A stretch of 64,000 bases of DNA from NCBI GenBank assembly GCA_013239625.1, contig MU054187.1, forward strand, positions 1,057,587 to 1,121,586, written 5' to 3'. This stretch comes from Lama guanicoe (lineage: Eukaryota). Below the pieces are notes generated by a model that saw only the letters and a list, made by a program, of their open reading frames with translations, did no database searches and was not told the origin of the DNA. Numbering within the stretch: the first letter of the stretch is position 1; each line of letters begins with the position of its first letter. This document shows positions 61,778-64,000 of this stretch, one piece after another. The position numbers were made by a program, and so were the translations under genes.

Positions 61778-62103
61778 ATTTATTTTTATTGAAGTCTGTT
61801 TGATTTAACATGTTGTATTAATTTCAGGTGTACAGCAAAGTGATTCAGTTTTATATATACATATTTTTTCAGATTCTTTTCTGAATTATAGGTTATTACA
61901 AGATATTGAATATTGATCCCTGTGCTATACAGCAGGTCCTTCTTGTTTATCTTTTTTGTAGATAGTAGTATGTATCTGCTAATCCCAAACTCCTGATTTA
62001 GCCCCTCCTCTTCCCCTTTGGTAACTATAAGTGTGTTTTCTGTGTCCCTGAGTCTGTTTTGTGAACAGGTTCATCTGCATCATTGTTTAGATTCCACATG
62101 TAA
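61778..62103 (-). mobile_element. 5'-truncated cetartiodactyl L1 3' UTR inserted into an antisense L2
   Basis: tttcaggtgtacagcaaagtgattcag...ataggttattacaagatattgaatat...ccctgtgctatacagcaggtcctt...tagattccacatg. L2 motifs on both sides (gaaggcttttgaacagggaatga / gttttagaaagattgttctggct). Confidence 0.9.
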
Positions 62104-63646
62104 ATAACATTATGTTTTAGAAAGATTGTTCTGGCTACCTTGCGAGGAAGTAATAGGAAGGGTGAGGCTGGAAACAGAGGACCGATGAGGAAACGGCTGG
62201 TACGCTCCCGGCAGGGGCCACGGCTGCATGGGGGAGGGCAGCAGAAATCAGGACAGGAAGGTGCATTTGGACGCACTAATGATCAGATAATGGAGAGCAG
62301 GGAGAAAGGGGAAGACAGCCCAGAGACTGTCTGGTAGAATGCAGGACCACTGCTTCCCTTCATAGGAAACTGACTTGTATGTGCCTCCGCAGGGATAGAT
62401 GGGGCTCTGATTTCTTTGCTTATAAGATGGGACGGCAGTACATTTATTTAATACATGCTTATTGAGTGTCTATTATGTGCTAAACACGAACGTGCCAGGG
62501 ATTCAAGCAGCTCGTAACTTCTAGCGTTGTGGTAAAGATTAAAGAGCTCTGCGGAAGCACGTGGCAAAATAAGGTCTTTAATACTGAATGTGAAAATTAG
62601 ATCCCTGGGGTGCGAGGTCTCAGAGTCATTCACTGCGGAAGCGACGTACTCCCAAGGAGTCATGAAGCTCATCAAAACCCTAATTTTGCAGTGTTCATGT
62701 AGGCACTGCAGACGCTTTGGGAAGAAGGGCAGTCGACTGGTGCACTGACTGCTGTTCAGAGCTCCCCCACAGCCGCATCACTGTACAGAAGCACTGATAC
62801 TCCAGTCGTCAGAAAACGACAACTTTAAGAGAAATGAACGTGTTTGCTGGTTTCAGTGTTTGTAAAAGGAGAGAGTAGGATGAGGAACAGGTCTTGTGTG
62901 GCTCTTGTGGCTCCTAGCAAGCCCACGTGTGCAAGAGCGAGGACGCGAGGCCGTCATACCCAGCTGCATAGTCTCTGCGGTTGATCCCCTCCTGCCGACA
63001 ACTTTAAGAGACCAGGTGTTAGGAGGACCTCGGTGTTAAGAAAGCCGAAGCGAGTCTTTCATCATATTCCTTCTACATGACGGAACGTCAGATTGCTGAG
63101 AGATTCCTGCGACAGGTTCCCCTCTGTCCTGTGGTCCCTTCCCTAGGCTGAAATGGTATAAAGGAGGGGGCTTCACTGAGGACGTGTCTTGCTCAGGGAC
63201 GGAGACACGGCCCAGATGCTCGCAGGTCAGAGCCGAGGGCGGGATGCTGAGGTCTGAGTGCGGATCCGGAAGGAGGGAGCTAGGGTGTAGGCTCTGGCTC
63301 GGGTGTGCGCTCCTCTCTAAGGGCATCTGCAAAATGAATGCTGAACGTGTTTTTTCATAACAGTGAAAATTCTCTTTGGATTTCTTTCGGTTGGCAAAAA
63401 CAGGCACTAATGTAGGTCTTTCCTAAAAATGATGTGGCATAAAGCAAGCTTTCAAAAATCTGGGGATTCTGCATTAATTCTTATGATGTTCGTGTAAAAA
63501 CTTTCTCTCAGAACAACATTTACCTCTTACACTGTCTGTGTTGTCTTGTTTTGGTACTTCCTAGGAAGTAGTGCTATCAAGGAAACCAGGGGAAGAGACA
63601 CTTTCAGTTTCTTTTTTTTTCCCTTAGCATTAGGGAAAAACCCTGC

Positions 63647-64000
63647 AGTTTTGAGCTAAATTGTAGCCCCCAACCCTAGCCCCAAATCCCCAGATTCGTA
63701 TGTTGAGGTCCCACCCACCAGTAGGTCAGAATGAAGACAGAGTTTCTGAAGAGGTACGTAAACCACAATGGGGTCATTGGGCGGCCCTGCCCAGTAGGAC
63801 CGGGTCCTTACAGGAGGAGGAGATCAGGACACGGCCACCCAGAGGGAAGGCCTCGTTCAGACGCGGAGAAGACCGCCACCTACAAGCCAAGGAGGGCGGC
63901 CCCCACAGAAACCAGCCCTGCAGGCACACTGACCTCCGAGCTCTGACCTCCTCAGCCAGAAGGAAACGACCTTCTGTTGTGAGCCACCCAGTCCGCGGTG
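63647..64000 (+). mobile_element. MLT1B-like MaLR LTR running off the window end
   Basis: attcgtatgttgaggtcc...ggagaagaccgccacctacaagccaaggag...agaaaccagccctgc...agccacccagtc. Confidence 0.85.

Overview
Mammalian nuclear DNA, most likely a camelid (camel/alpaca/llama): the SINE at 38752-38917 has the tRNA-derived head and AATAAACCTAATTACC tail of the camelid Vic-1 family. I found no protein-coding exon, RNA gene or operon-like system that I can confidently recognise. The window reads as intronic or intergenic DNA dense in old transposable elements: L1 fragments of several ages, L2, MIR, MaLR/ERVL/ERV1 LTRs, one ERV1 3' LTR with attached internal sequence, and MER5/MER58/MER63 DNA transposons. 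It also carries microsatellites and several short tandem duplications. The supplied ORFs are chance ORFs or decayed L1/LTR frames. I do not see a previously undescribed biological system. The best leads are structural or tentative: an inversion inside an old L1 with a 15-bp inverted duplication at its breakpoints, a possible decayed or spliced minus-strand exon at ~9.0-10.8 kb, a perfect 24-bp palindrome, a strong CTCF-like site and several nested insertions with visible target-site duplications (TSDs). Repeat subfamily names come from my recollection of consensus sequences, boundaries are approximate unless a TSD is quoted, and all need RepeatMasker/Dfam confirmation.
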